A stretch of 64,000 nt of DNA from Octopus vulgaris (lineage: Eukaryota). A program made the position numbers and the translations under genes. The stretch is from the NCBI GenBank assembly GCA_951406725.2, contig OX597832.1, positions 40,114,001 to 40,178,000 of the forward strand, written 5' to 3'. Below are positions 24,571 through 38,950 of this stretch, piece after piece (position 1 is the first letter of the stretch; each line of letters starts with the position of its first letter). Under the pieces are notes generated by a model, which saw only the letters and a program-made list of their open reading frames with translations, had not been told where the DNA came from and ran no database searches.

Positions 24571-27180
24571 GGGAAGAGTTCAGGGGAAGGGTTGCTAAAA
24601 TAAAGTACCAGTCGAGGGTGGTGTCTTGGAGGAATTGTTACAGCATGGCCACAGTCGAATGACTGAAACAAGTAAAAGAGTATAGAAAAAATCTGCCTCA
24701 ATAAACTCTGTCTTACCCATGCAAGCATAGGAAAAGCGAGGTTAAAATGGTGATGATATTGCGTCTGAAGAAATTACGTCTGTATTCTTATTATTTGTTA
24801 CTGGTTTTAGCCAAAAGAGTGAAGCGATACTAGAATATTGCTTTCTGTAATATAGTTACTTTGGAAGGACGAAAAGTTAAATCGTCCTGAGTGGGATTTG
24901 AACTCCGATTGGGAAGAGTTGAAGTCGAATACCACAAGGTATTTGCTCAACGTTTTACTGGTCCTGCTGTGTAAGTGATATGTTTTAGTGCCAGTCAGAC
25001 ACTAGTAATGTATGTAGCTTCAAGACTTGGCACAGATTCACAAAGACAATAATTTCCTGCTAGAATACTCGAGGCATGGTAACCAGAAATAAATACTCAG
25101 ATAGTGGAAGATGTGATGGAGAGAAAATGAGATAATTTTTTTAGAAATATAAACTGTATTTTCCTAAGTTCAGTCTAAGTTTACAAGTTTTTTTGGAGTA
25201 TTTATAAAATAGCAAAACATGAAATGGAATTCCTTTGACATTTTTCCGCTGACAAGTTTGGTGATGAATTAGTTCTCTTGGAATGTTTTGTTAATAATGG
25301 TGAATACCTGACATTCTTTGCTGGATTTCACAAGAGGAAGATTTAATTTTCATTTTTTAACAAAAAAAAAAAAACTTCATAAGTTTTTGTTGTTTTTTCT
25401 TTGTTGACTTTTTTTTATGGTCAAAGATATTTTTACTTTTACAGTTACTCTGTATGATAAAATTTGCACACAGCATGTCCCTTAGTGACTGACAATATGT
25501 GCATTTCTGATCATGAGCTGGAGTAGTGAGAGAGCATCATAGCCATCTATTAACAGGGATTCTTTGAGGCTTGCATAAATATAACAAAAGCAAAGTTAGA
25601 AGGAAATATTAACCATTTACATACTTTCTAAGGGTAAGCAAATGGGAAATAACAGTGGTTACCCAAGGACAAAAGTCGTCTTTCACACTATTATTGGTAA
25701 ATGTTTTGTGTTTATATTTGAGAATTCATCTGCCATCTTAATGTGTGGCCTTTCATTCATAAATTTCCTGTTATTCAAAAAATCGTTTTTCATTGAGAAA
25801 CAAAACATTTATTTTGGTAGTCTTACAATTCAGCATTTTTGGAATAGTGATAAATCTTTTCTTTGACTGCGGCCATGCTAGGGCACCACCTTGAATTGTT
25901 TTAGTCAAACAACTCAAACCCAGGACTTTTTTTTTAAAGCCTAGTACTTACTCTGTTGGTCACTTTTGCTGAACTGCTAAGTTACAGGGATGTAAACACA
26001 CCATCACCAATTGTCAAGCGATGATGTGCGAAAAATACAAATACAAACACAAAGACAGACAGATATGTGTGTGTATATACACACACGGTGAAAAAAATTT
26101 TATCCTATATTAGTAGTAGATTTATTACCATTCACTAAGGGACTGATAAGCTGTGGCTCAGAATAGTTCACACGTGTGCTGAGGCTGGCCAAAGGATTTT
26201 ACATTTTACTTTTAGATATAAACAAACTGAATAAAAACAAACATGGAAGGCTGTTAGACCAGAGCAATTTCTTAATTTATTTTTCTATTATCTTGTTCAA
26301 TCCCTCCTTCTATTTATATTTTAGCAAAAATACAATTCATTAAAAACTTAGCAAAAAAAAGGGGAAAAAAAAGATTACTTAAAGGGGTCAATCTCAAACT
26401 TAAGTTACATTTTTTACCCTATTCATAAGTTAAAGTAATTTCATCTTTTTGGAATCTATGATACATAACTGAAGGTAAATACTATGTCTCATACAGATTT
26501 ACTAATGGTTCCTTAGATTCCACTCCCTCCAATTTTTCCAATTATATTTCATTATGACTGTGCCCCTGGGTGAGACATAATAGTAAATGAAAATTGGTAA
26601 TTACCACTTCAGTCTGCTCAACAACATTCGTTAAAAGAAAACTAAAAACGAAAACGAGATGGAACTTTCTGCTTTGTACTTCATAAGGGAGCCTCGGGGA
26701 AAGCATCCAGCTATAAAAACGTATTTTTCTCCAACAATTTATGTAGATATATCCCAATTTCTAGGATCATCTCACAACTATTAGCAGGAAAAAAAATTGA
26801 TGTAATGTCTTCGAAGGAGTTCTAAAGCCAAGTATTGCCCACAGGCTGGTGATGTTTAGTTTTCTGTTTGGAGTGGGAAAGCAGCAAGTTTAGGTGGAGT
26901 TCATACGTTTTATGTTAATATTTCTGTTATTATTATTATTATGGAGTTTTTCACTCTCTACAGAATTGACTTTCAGTCTTCTTGAAGAATAAATGATTTT
27001 TGTCTTTCTTTGAGAATTTCAACATAGTTTCAGTTCTAGATCGGCTCTTCCCAACCTTTTAAGGCTGGGGACACATTTGCTTCACTAAAAATGAGCTGAC
27101 ACACATATACACACGCTATAAATGTGTGCGTGTATGTATATGCATATATATATATATGTATGTATGTATATATGCATTTG

Positions 27181-27231
<51 letters not shown>

Positions 27232-28836
27232 TTATGAAATTTATTGAAAATCAAAGCAACAAGCAGGTGTATTAGTTTGACACTCAGAAAAATGAAAAAG
27301 TGTTTTATGTTTTGAGCCTATGCTCTTCAACAGAAAGGAATAAGAGAAAATAAACAGAGAGAGGGAAGTGACAAAAAAAATTGTTGATTTAGCAGTCCAG
27401 TGTGTGTGTGTGTGTGTAGCTGCAATTATACAGACAGACAAATTAGGTACATTAATTATATTAAATGTAATTAATGTACCTAATTTGTTTATCTGCTTTT
27501 GTTTTCCACTCAACTTGATCTCTCTTACAGCCATTCTTTACTTTGCAGAATTGACTCCTTGTAAAGACATTGGAATCTACCTTGTAGCTTCAAGATTTCA
27601 ATGGTGTGTTTGTATATTTTTAGAATGACATTGTAGGGTAGGTATGAGAGGCTGGAGTTGGTCAGTCTTGGCATAAAACAGGTAGAATATTTGGGCTGGA
27701 TATATCCCGATTGAAGGGTCAATCATCACCATTTAAGATCTGTTTTTCATCCTGACATGGGTTGGACAGTTCAACAGGAGCTGGTGAGCCAGAAGACTGT
27801 GCCAAGCTATGATGTCTACTTTTAAATGTTTGTTTTTTTGCAGCTGGAACCCGTCCCCACTGCCAGTCACTTTACAGAGTGTACTGGGTGCTTCTTATGT
27901 GGCCTTTGAATCTGAAATACCAGAGATAAAATATTCTGACTTTGGACAATTTCATTACACACTTCAGTGATTTTGTGACATGCAGATTGGTATCATCGTG
28001 GTTCAATAAATGTAAATAAAATATTGATAAAATAAAACAGGAATGACTAGGCTTACAACTTAATCATGTAAAATATTGTACAGCTACTGAGTGATCCTCT
28101 CTTCAGTATTCTTTGGCTAATATGGTGACATCTTTGCTGAAAGGCCCAATCATCATCATCGTCGTTTAACGTCTGCTTTCCATGCTAGCATGGGTTGGAC
28201 CAATGACTGAGGGCTGGCAAACCAGATGGCTGCACCAGGCTTCAATCTTGATCTAGCCACCAGCGCAGGTACCAGTAAGGCGATGCTGGTAACAATCACG
28301 CTTGAATGGTTTCTTTTACGTGCCACCGGCACGAAGGCCAGATAGCCGCTCTGGCAATGATCACGCTCGGATGGTGCTCTTTGAGGCGATGCTGGTAACG
28401 ATCATGCTTGAATGGGTGAGATATGTTCAGAGTTATCATATGGGTCAGGATAATTAAAATGATATTGATTTCAAATTTGAACACAAAGCCAGCAATTTTG
28501 GGAGAGAGGTAAATCAATTACATTAACATCAGCTGAATCTTGAAAAGACGAAAGGCGAAGTCGACCTCCGCAGAATTTGAACTTCGAATGTAAACTCAAG
28601 TAAAATATCGCCAAGCATTTTGTCTGGTATGTTAATGATTCTGTCACCTTAGTAATTAAAATGTTATTAATCATTGATTAATATTCTCTTTTCCATGCTG
28701 CACAATTATTTCTAATTAATGTTTTAATGATCACTGAATTAAATATGGTAAAAACAACTTCACTGTTGTCTTTCAGAAGTATGGAGTATTATCTCTGAGT
28801 AATTTCTACTATAAAATATGCTAACCTTCATGTCCA

Positions 28837-29158
28837 TCATCATCATTGTTCGACCGTAGTCGAGACAATGGAATTTACTATGTTACACCAGACTTCACGG
28901 TCCATCATAGCATTACGGAGGTCCTGTTGCTGGATGCCTGTATCCCTGGAGATTACATCAGGGTAGGAGAGTGTGCACCCTCTGGTATCGCAAGCAGATG
29001 GCTTCCAGAGGAGAAGAGTAGAAATTACCTCGTTTTCAGCTCTACAACAATGTCCAGCAAACTGGACTCTTCTACCTTTCACAAGAGATGATGCAGGTGG
29101 TAGTTTCCCATATATTTATACTTTGGTTGGATGACGCTTCCACGAGAGATTTTGCGCT
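28837..29158 (-). mobile_element. 5'-truncated RTE-clade LINE
   Basis: RAQNLSWKRHPTKV*IYGKLPP...RRVQFAGHCCR...AMMDREVW is an RTE ORF2 C-terminus; (TGA)n tail; perfect 11-bp TSD CTTCATGTCCA at 28826-28836 and 29159-29169. Confidence 0.88.
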
Positions 29159-29754
29159 CTTCATGTCCACTCATATACGTTATTGTATCCTGGTGTTAGG
29201 GTTTGAAGTTGTCTTCTATATATTTCTTTCTATTATAGGCACAAGGCCTAAAAATTTGGTGGTTGGGGATAGTCAGTGACATCAACCCCAGTGCAAAACT
29301 TGTACTTATTTTTATCGACCTTGAAGGGATGAAAGCAAAATTAACCTTGGCAGAATTTGAACTCAGAACGTAAAGATGGACAAAATGCCGCTAAGCATTT
29401 TGCTTGGCATGCTTAGCAATTCTGCCATCTTCAGTTGTCTTCTATATTAGCAACTAAAATCTTAGTATTCGTTGAACACTTTACAAATTTTTATTTTTAT
29501 TGTTGTTGTTTAGCTCCAAGTTGGCCCAGGTTCAGTGGACCTTTGATCAAGGGCATTCCAACTATGACAATTCCATCTTTTTTTTTTTTTCAATTAGTTA
29601 TTGTGTACCCTGGTTTTATTCCTTTTTTGTGTTTTTGTTTTTGAAAAGTAGGAGGGGGATTTAGCTGCTTTGCCTAAACAAGTTGAGCGATCATATATAA
29701 GCACCTTTACCTAGTTTCTTTTATTTTGTATATGCATACATGTGTGCACATCCA

Positions 29755-30154
29755 TCTCTCTATATATAAACGGCAGTTTGTCTGTGCGTGTTTCTGTGTG
29801 TCTGTTTGCTTGTACCCTCACCCTGACCACGATTTTCAACCGATTCTGATGAAACTTGACACACACATAGCCCAATGTCATAATTCAAAACTAACGCAGC
29901 GAAAATTTTGAAAAGTTCCCCCAGTTCTGAAAAAAATCGATAAATTCGACATGGGGTCGAGAATCAGAAACACAAACCGCAAACTGTCTAGGGGACGCAA
30001 CTCCACGGGACGCAACTCCACCTTTTTTAACTAAAAAAAAAATTTACCATCATTTTTTTCCATTTTTTTTTTCTATTTTTTGGCTATAACTCTCTAAAAA
30101 TGCTTCATAGTTATTTCCCTTACAAACCCGAGCAACGCCGGGCGATACTGCTAG
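29755..30154 (+). mobile_element. Non-autonomous Helitron
   Basis: A|TC start, subterminal hairpin CCCGAGCAACGCCGGG, CTAG|T end, no TSD. Confidence 0.85.
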
Positions 30155-30495
30155 TATATATATATATGGATGTATATGGATTAATATGTATGTTTATATC
30201 TACATACATAAAGAAGGTGAGACTGCAAGCTAGCAGAATCGTTAGCACGCCGGGCAAAGTGATTAGCGGCATTTCGTCTGCCTTTACATTCTGAGTTCAA
30301 ATGCTGCCGGGGTTGACTTTGCCTTTCATCCTTTTGGGGTCAATAAAATAAGTACCAGTTGAACACTGAGGTTGATGTAATTGACTTATCCCCTTCCCCC
30401 CGAAATTACTGGCCTGGTTCCAAAATTTGAAACCTGTATATGCACACATATGAACACACTTGCATTTATGAAAAATATCAGGTATTGTTTAAGTA

Positions 30496-30920
30496 AGGTG
30501 GCGAGCTGGCAGAACCGTTAGCATGCCAGGCGAAATGCTTAGCGGTATTTCGTCTGCCGCTACGTTCTGAGTTCAAATTCCACCGAGGTCGACTTTGCCT
30601 TTCATCCTTTCGGGGGTCGATTAAATAAGTACCAGTTACTCACTGGGGTCGATATAATCGACTTAATCCATTTGTCTGTCCTTGTTTGTCCTCTCTGTGT
30701 TTAGCCCCTTGTGGGTAGTAAAGAAATAGGTATTTCGTCTGCCGTTACGTTCTGAGTTCAAATTCCACCGAGGTCGACTTTGCCTTTCGTCCTTTCGGGG
30801 GGAGGGGGTCGATTAAATAAGTACCAGTTACGCACTGGGGTCGATATAATCTACTTAATCCGTTTGTCTGTCCTTGTTTGTCCTTTCTGTGTTTATCCCA
30901 CTGTGGGTAGTAAAGAAATA
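30496..30920 (+). mobile_element. SINE family A dimer
   Basis: Junction at ~30729; TSD GG(T/C)ATTGTTTAAGT at 30481-30494 and 30921-30934. Confidence 0.9.
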
Positions 30921-32363
30921 GGCATTGTTTAAGTGATTCTACCGGATGTGTACACACGCTCACATGCTCGTTGGGTGTAATCGTTAAGTAAGCAGATTGT
31001 CTATTATCTCCTTGTCAGTTTGTCATCAGAATATATTTATTAAGATTTGTCTTTGAAATCCTCTTTTTTCCCTCCTCCCTCTGAGTCATTTCCTCTCTTT
31101 AATCACCCCCACCTTACCCACTGCATACACCAACACCAATATTAACATCTATAAAAACAGTTTGTTGATCTATTGTTGCGTTAGTTTCCCCCACACCCAT
31201 AGAAGATCATCAGGTTGTTGTTATTGTTTCTATTGCTGGGTGTGGGGACCTAATTTCAGATTCTCTTTTTAATTTGTTTCCTTTACAATATCTAATGACC
31301 CAAGGGGGTTGGCTATACAGGAATGTCATAAACTAACTTTTTTTCTTTTTATTTCCTTTTTTGCTGTTTGTTTTATATATTTTTTCTTTCTATGAGATTT
31401 TCATATTGTGGTCAGTGGAATGTCTGTTCTCAATGAATGTTATATGAAAAAAGGTAGGGTAGAGAACACAAATGATAATCACCTGAGAGTGGCCATGAGG
31501 AAGAATTACACACCTATACCTATTTCTTTATTACCCACAAGGGGCTAAACACAGAGGGGACAAACAAGGACAGACATAGGTATTAAGCCGATTATGTCGA
31601 CTCCACTGCGTAACTGGTACTTAATTTATCGACCCCGAAAGGATGAAAGCAAAGTCGACCTTGGCGGAATTTGAACTCACAACGTAACGACAGACACCAG
31701 GTCAAAGGTTATGGGATAGCTTTGCTGTGTAGCTGTGTAGTTTAAAAGTTAGGCTTGCTCCTACAAGGTCCTGGGTTCAATTCCACTGCATGATATTTTG
31801 AACAAGAATATTCTTGTACTAAAGTTTTAGTTCAACCAAAGCCTTGCAAATGAAATTTTGTAAGAGGGGAAATTATGTAGAGACCTGTCTGAGGAACTGT
31901 TCCTGTTTTGGAGTGGTAGATTAGCCCTTTAATGTTTAAACTGACCATATCTGGCCCTTTTATTCTACTTGTTTCATGTTCAAACTGGCTATATCTGACC
32001 TCTCACACCTGCCCTACAATGTTATGGTGCTTAAGGATGAAAGGCAAAGTATACCACAGGGCAATCTATCGAATCTAAGAACTTGGCCTAATTTGCCATC
32101 TTAGAGCAGACATGCCTATGAGTTAAAAGTCAATCCAGACATGACCACACTGCCTTTTCTTCTGGGACAGTGTACTCTGGACAACATTATTCAGTGTGCC
32201 CCTTTATGAAACGGGACTGGTTTGAGGGACATTTGGCTGCTATGTCTAGCAGGCCAAGTGACCATGTAGCGGCTGTTGCATTGATGCATCACAACTGCTT
32301 ACACCAAATTGCTGCACCAGCAGCAGCAGCAGCAGCAGTAGCAATGGTAGTGGTGTTGGTGCC

Positions 32364-32407
<44 letters not shown>

Positions 32408-32994
32408 TTTTATTGCTGAAGATGCAGATCCTACCAAAGATACAAATCTATTTAACACATCTATGGCTGCCAGTTTTAATTGAATTGTTAAATCTGATTA
32501 TTCCATGGAACGGTTCTGTCTCCTCGTAAAATATATCTTTTGTTTTCTGAGCTTTGTTTTTTTTTACTTTTTATCGTTCTTGTTTGCTTGTTTTTGCTTT
32601 TCTGTCATTTTTGATCTCCAGTAAGAATCTTGTCTTTTGAAATATTTCCTCATCTCTTCAAATATTTCCTGAACTCTTGCTTCTCTATTTATTATCAGAC
32701 TGACACTTCTTTTGATTTGATTCTTTAAACCTTCCTTTATTCTAATGCAAGAAATTGTCCGTGGCCATTATCATCATCATCATCATCATCATTAATTACT
32801 ATTGTCATATGTCCAGGAATGGTTGTCTGGATTAAGAAGTACTGTACTCAACCCGTGTGGTTTTGGGTTCATTCCCATTTGTTTGGCACCTTGGGCAAGT
32901 GTCTTCAACTATAGTGCTAAGCTACCCAAAACCTTGTGAGTGGATTTAGCTTAATAGAAACTGTGAGAAGCCCACCATGTATGTACATGTCTGT

Positions 32995-33025
<31 letters not shown>

Positions 33026-34185
33026 CCATTGTTATTTAACATCCGTTTTTCCATGTTGGCATGGGTTAGATGGTTTGACCAGAGCTGGCAAGCCAGAGAG
33101 CTGCACCAGGTTCCAGTCTGACTTGGCTTGGTTTCTCCCTGATAGTTGGACCATTTACATAGCTTTGAGTGGTTGGCAGATTTTTGCCTCTGAAGGAGAA
33201 AGATTGTGAGAGACATAATGCCAAACTGTAAAACCCTGGATTGTTTCTAGAATTCTTTGGAAACCATTTCTGGGTTATTAAAATGAAGAAAACTCAATTT
33301 ATAATCTTCTTAATCAGGCTTCAAAACTAAAAGCTTTCTTACTCCTCTTACTTGTATCACAATAAGGCAATGAGGGGGCCACTTCATAGTCGCTTAATTT
33401 GCTAGAAGTAGCAGCTAAAATCATACCGTACCAGATATTTGCCCAAGGTGTCACACTGTGAGATTGAACCCGGAACCATATGGCTTGGAAGCAAACTTCT
33501 TATCACACAGCAACAGCCTATCATATTTAATGTTTGTGTACTGTTGGATATGAAAAAAAACCTTTCATTGTAGAAATTCTCTATAGATATTTTAAGGAGG
33601 AGACATTGGATAATGTAGTCCTAGATACACCATTCCTTGAAGTAAGACAGGCTGATCAAGATTTGAACACCATTGAACATTTCAATCAGTGCTGACCCGG
33701 GGCTAAACAACTATTTATATTATAGTGGGGGTCAATCTTCCAGTTTAACAGGCCATGTAAATAGGACAGTAATAAAGCAAGCAGGTCTCCCCCACCATAT
33801 ACTCTGCTCCTTGAGATTTACAAAACCCAGCACTTATTCTGCCTTTAAGGTAAAACACACAAAAAAGAGAACCTCAAAAAAAAAAATCATAATAGATAAA
33901 AAAAAAGTGAAAATAAAAAATAGGAAACCTTTTAAAATCTATCTTGCATACAATTTGCAAATCGATCAGTTTTTACATTCGTTGTTTACCTTTTTTTTTT
34001 TTGTTTTTGTTTCCTATATTCTGCAATTATTGATGATGATGCATATAACAAAAATAATTGCAATAATAATAATAATGGTTGTAATGAGAATGACGATGAT
34101 GATGATGGTTCCCTTGGATTGAGACTTAACCATTTTTTTTCTGCTTCTATTTGCTTCCAATTTTTTTCCCCTTCTTTTTCTTCAG

Positions 34186-34202
34186 AGATCCCTCAAGGGA
34201 AA
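34186..34202 (+). CDS. Candidate 17-nt pak microexon, (R)DPSRE
   Basis: Branch-like CTTAAC near 34125-30, ~50-nt polypyrimidine tract with two TGC, ttcag acceptor, donor AA|GTAATG at 34203. Reads open from the phase-2 end of the first coding exon. Confidence 0.45.
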
Positions 34203-34599
34203 GTAATGAACTGTGTACCCATATTAGTAATTATTGTATCAGAGTAGAATCATTAACAGTGTATCCACCAGAATTTGTGAACACACACACACACACACAC
34301 TTCTGCTGCTACAGGGACTGGAGTGGTTACAGAATTTGCTTTGTTTCCAAGTGGCCTCGAGTTCTATCTCGCAGCACAGCTTCTTGTGCAAGCATCTTCT
34401 ACTGTGCCTCCTGAGTGAAATTGGTAGACAGAAACTGTATGGAAGGCAGCTAGCTGGCAGACATGTTAGTGAGCCGGGCGAAATGCTTAGCGGTATTTCG
34501 TCTGCCGCTACGTTCTGAGTTCAAATTCAGCCGAGGTCGACTTTGCCTTTCATCCTTTTGGGGGTCAATTAAATAAGTACCAGTTATGCACTCGGGTCA

Positions 34600-34692
34600 A
34601 TGTGTGATACTTTGGACAAGTGTTTTCTACTTTAGCCTCAGGCTGACTAAAGCCTTGTGAGTGGATATGGTAGGCAAAAATTGAAAGAAGCT

Positions 34693-34736
<44 letters not shown>

Positions 34737-34969
34737 TAAAATTTGATGAACCACCTATTGATCCCCTCCATTTTCTTATTGCTATATAAATATATATAAA
34801 TATATATATATATGTATATGTTTGTGTATCTGTATTTACATCCTTATAACTTAGCGGTTCAGCAAAAGAGACCAATAGAATAAGTCCTGGGGTTGATTCA
34901 TTCAACTAAAAGTGGTGCTCCAGCATGGCCACAGTCAAGTAAAAGAAACAAATTAAAGAATAAAAGAAT

Positions 34970-34970
<1 letters not shown>
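34600..34970 (+). mobile_element. SINE family B lacking head, with an insert in its TA tract
   Basis: Body and tail match family B. Confidence 0.75.
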
Positions 34971-35024
<54 letters not shown>

Positions 35025-35029
35025 TTAAC

Positions 35030-35577
35030 AGCAGACCTTGAAGTAATTCAGTGAAACTTCACAGAGGAGATCATCTCATTGCAACAGTTCAGCTACTGGG
35101 AAAGGCTGAAGCAGCTAAGACTCTACTCCCTGGAGCAAAGGCAGGAGAGATATGCAGTGATATACATCTTGAAGATCCTGGAAGGGATTGTGCCAAATTT
35201 TGGCATTGAAAGCTACACAAATGCCAGAAAGGGTTGCCACTGCACAGTGCCAAAGATCCCAGCTGTGTCGTTGTGCTTCGGGACCAGTTACTACAACAGC
35301 CTGGGCCTCAGGAGCCCACAGCTTTTTAATATTCTCCCAAAGGTCCTGGTTGAGCAGCTTGTAATAGCTTGTAATCCGAAACTGGATCTCTTCCTGTCGA
35401 AAGTCCCAGATGAACCTACCTCACAGCAGAAAGTGCAAATGAGGGTAGCGACATCAAACTCCCTTATTCACCGAATGCCACATATCAGAGGAGGCTCTCA
35501 ATATTTAACAGTGTAGCAAAATGGTGGTGTCCCAGCATGGCCACAACTTTGAGCTGAAACTGATAAAATATAAAACA
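35030..35577 (+). mobile_element. CR1-clade LINE 3' fragment (degenerate ORF2 C-terminus and 3' UTR)
   Basis: SYWERLKQLRLYSLEQRQERY..IYILKILEGIVPN...QLFNILP...LDLFLSKVPDEP motif series. Confidence 0.88.
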
Positions 35578-35606
35578 CATACATATACACACACACACAC
35601 ACATAT

Positions 35607-35655
<49 letters not shown>

Positions 35656-35736
35656 CATACATACATACACACACATATATATATACACACACATGTATAG
35701 ACATACTCACACACACACACATATATATATATATAT

Positions 35737-35767
<31 letters not shown>

Positions 35768-35832
35768 TATATATACACACACACACACATATAGACATAC
35801 ATACATACAAACACACATGCATATATACATAC

Positions 35833-35918
<86 letters not shown>

Positions 35919-36513
35919 ATATCCCAATCTGTTATCTCTTATCTCCCTTTCATTTCTTTTAACTTTCCTTTTCTCTCAACTTTTTCCTTATTTTTCTCCC
36001 TTGTTTTTAATCCATTTCTATTTTCCCCTTAATATTTCTCTTCTCATTTGGTGTACTTTCCATTTCTTTCATTCCTTCATTTCGACTCCATCATCTCTTC
36101 CCCATCTGCCATACTCCATCTCTACCTCTCGTCCCCCTTCTTCCATCACTCATTTTCTCTCTCTCTCTCCACCCCCTTTTTTTTTCCATATTTATCCATA
36201 TCTTTCCTCTTCCTTCGAATCTCTCACTCCTTTCATACACATTCTCCCCCAACCAACCCTTTTTTTTTTTGTTATCCATTTTCTCTCTTTTACTCTCATT
36301 CCTTCTGCAAAATTAGTGAATTATTTTCTAATTTCAAGGTACACTCTGTGACTGTTTCGTGTGCCTGAGAAGAGGAGGTGAGGCTTGATTTGAGAGCTGG
36401 GGCTCATCAGGGACATTATGTGTGTGTGTGTGTGTGTGTGTGTGTATCATATATATATATTTAAGTAGGTGAATGTGAATTATCCTATGTTTATCGTCAG
36501 CATGGAAAATTCG

Positions 36514-36556
<43 letters not shown>

Positions 36557-36665
36557 CACACACACACACACATATATATATACACACACATATATATATA
36601 CACACACACACATATATATATATATATACACAAACATATATGTATATATCATCATCATCATGATG

Positions 36666-36712
<47 letters not shown>

Positions 36713-36797
36713 TATATATATACACAAACACACTCATATATATATATACACACACACATATATAAAATACACACACAGTTATGTATATAATGTGTAT

Positions 36798-36834
<37 letters not shown>

Positions 36835-36870
36835 CACACACACATATATATATACACACATACATACTGT
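35575..36870. repeat. (CA)/(TA) microsatellite blocks flanking a ~400-nt pyrimidine-rich tract
   Basis: Direct observation. Confidence 0.9.
36339..36377 (+). CDS. Candidate 39-nt cassette exon, (S)TLCDCFVCLRRG
   Basis: ttttctaatttcaag|G acceptor after ~400 nt of pyrimidine-rich sequence, donor GAG|GTGAGG. Open only in phase 1. Confidence 0.25.
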
Positions 36871-37844
36871 CCATACCTTTGCACACATGCATGCATGAAC
36901 TCCCACATGTGTGCACATAACTTATACACATTCCTACCGCATGCACACACGACACACATCGCCATGTGTATTAGTACAATACTACACCGCTGCCATTGCT
37001 ACCATCTCACTACTGGCACCTCCACCACACTGCTGCATCGTAGCCACTACTTCCAGAGATACCAAAACCCTACGTATACCCCACTAACACATCACCACCT
37101 CCACCACCACCACCACCACGACACTGCCTCCCTCACCAACACCGTCGTCCCTACTCCACTATTATACCATCACTCACCCCCCCATCACTACCACTAACAT
37201 TGCCACTGCTACAGTAATTTGTTTTTTTTTTTTTTGCTACCACTAACACTGCCGTCACCACTACAGCAATCTCCATTGCCAACGCCACTAGCACTACTAA
37301 CTAACTCTTCTGCCACTACTATAAACATTACTATTGCCTCCACCACCACTGCCGCCACCACCACCACCACCACTATCATGCTGCTCTAACAGTCACCCTC
37401 TTCTTCTCCCCCCCCCCCCCACTAATCTCCTTGTGATTATGATTCATGTCTGGCTCACAGCTCTCGCTCTCTCTCTCCTCTTGCTCTCTCCTCTCTCTCT
37501 CTCTCTCTTGGCTAACACACTACACCTCCTCTTTGTCGTGTACTCACACTACGCCTCCTCTTCGGCGTCGTGTACTCAACACACACACACAGGCCTTACA
37601 CATTCGCATGCGTGCATCCACACTTCAATTGTCTCAGTGTACATTTGTCTAACCCTCTCCATCTGCCACATTCCTACAACGCAGGCATTGGACACACACA
37701 CGCACGCACAGAAAAAGCACGCAAGCACATTCTTACAACATACTCGTGTACATGTACATATGCACGTGCACACACATTCCTATCACAGAAGCACACACAT
37801 ACTTACAATAGAACACACACAAGTGCACATTCCTAAAATACAAC

Positions 37845-38950
37845 ACACACACATTACTATACATAATGCATGCATCACACATTACACACCCATTACTACA
37901 CACAACACGTGTATACAGACTACTAATCGTAACACACACATTACTATGCGTCTACCCAGATACCACTACACAGTATTGCTACACATATTTACACATAACG
38001 CATGCATAAGTAAATATAACACACACATTACTACACATGGTACACATTACTACATGTTGTTGGCATTCTTCTTGTCTCGGGGGAGACAATGGAGTTGCAC
38101 ATAAAGTAGTCCAGTCCGGCTTTTACATTTCATGTCCTGCTACATTTCCTGCTGTGGCTGTGTAGTCCTGTCCTGGACAAACACTCCCTCTGGCAGGTGC
38201 CGCAAATGTAGCGAAGACTGTTCCTGGCTGGTTGTAGTGTCATAGTTTCTTGTTGTCATAGTTTCTTGTTACTACATGTTACTCATGTAACACACAGACA
38301 TTATGGCATATAACACATGCACATTACTATGTATAACACATTACACGCAACACTGCACACACATGGCACATTGCATTACTACATAGCACAACATAAATTA
38401 CAACATGCACCACACACATTATTACAAGTAATACATACACATTACTATACACGTAACACACACACATCACTGTACACATTACACATTTCTGTACACATTA
38501 CACATTACTTTACACATTACATATTACTATACAAATAGCACATATTACTATATACATAGTACACACATTACTATACACATATTACTGTACACAACATACA
38601 CGTTACTGTACACATAATATATACATTACTATATACACAGTACACACATTATCATACACATTACATATTACTATACACATAACACATACTACTATATACA
38701 TAGTACACAATACTATACACATTACTGTACACATAGCACACACATTACTGTACACAACATACATGTTACTGTACACATAATATACACATTACTATATACA
38801 TAGTACACACATTACTATGCACTTACATATTACTATACACATAGCACATATTACATATATACATATTACTATACCCATAGTACACACATTACTGTACTCA
38901 TAACATACACATTATGTACCCATAGCACATATATTGCTCCACATAACCTA
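37845..38950. repeat. Degenerate CACATTACTATACA-type minisatellite (interrupted by the RTE fragment)
   Basis: Direct observation. Confidence 0.85.
38059..38268 (-). mobile_element. RTE (BovB-like) LINE 3' fragment
   Basis: Minus strand YICGTCQRECLSRTGLHSHSRKC* zinc-knuckle C-terminus, GTCTC/GAGAC tail hairpin, 12-bp TSD TTACTACATGTT at 38047-38058 and 38269-38280. Confidence 0.85.

Noticed and set aside
37334-38104. 256-aa Pro/His/Thr-rich ORF
   Set aside because: Low-complexity (CCA)n, (CT)n and (CA)n sequence with no domain or splice support
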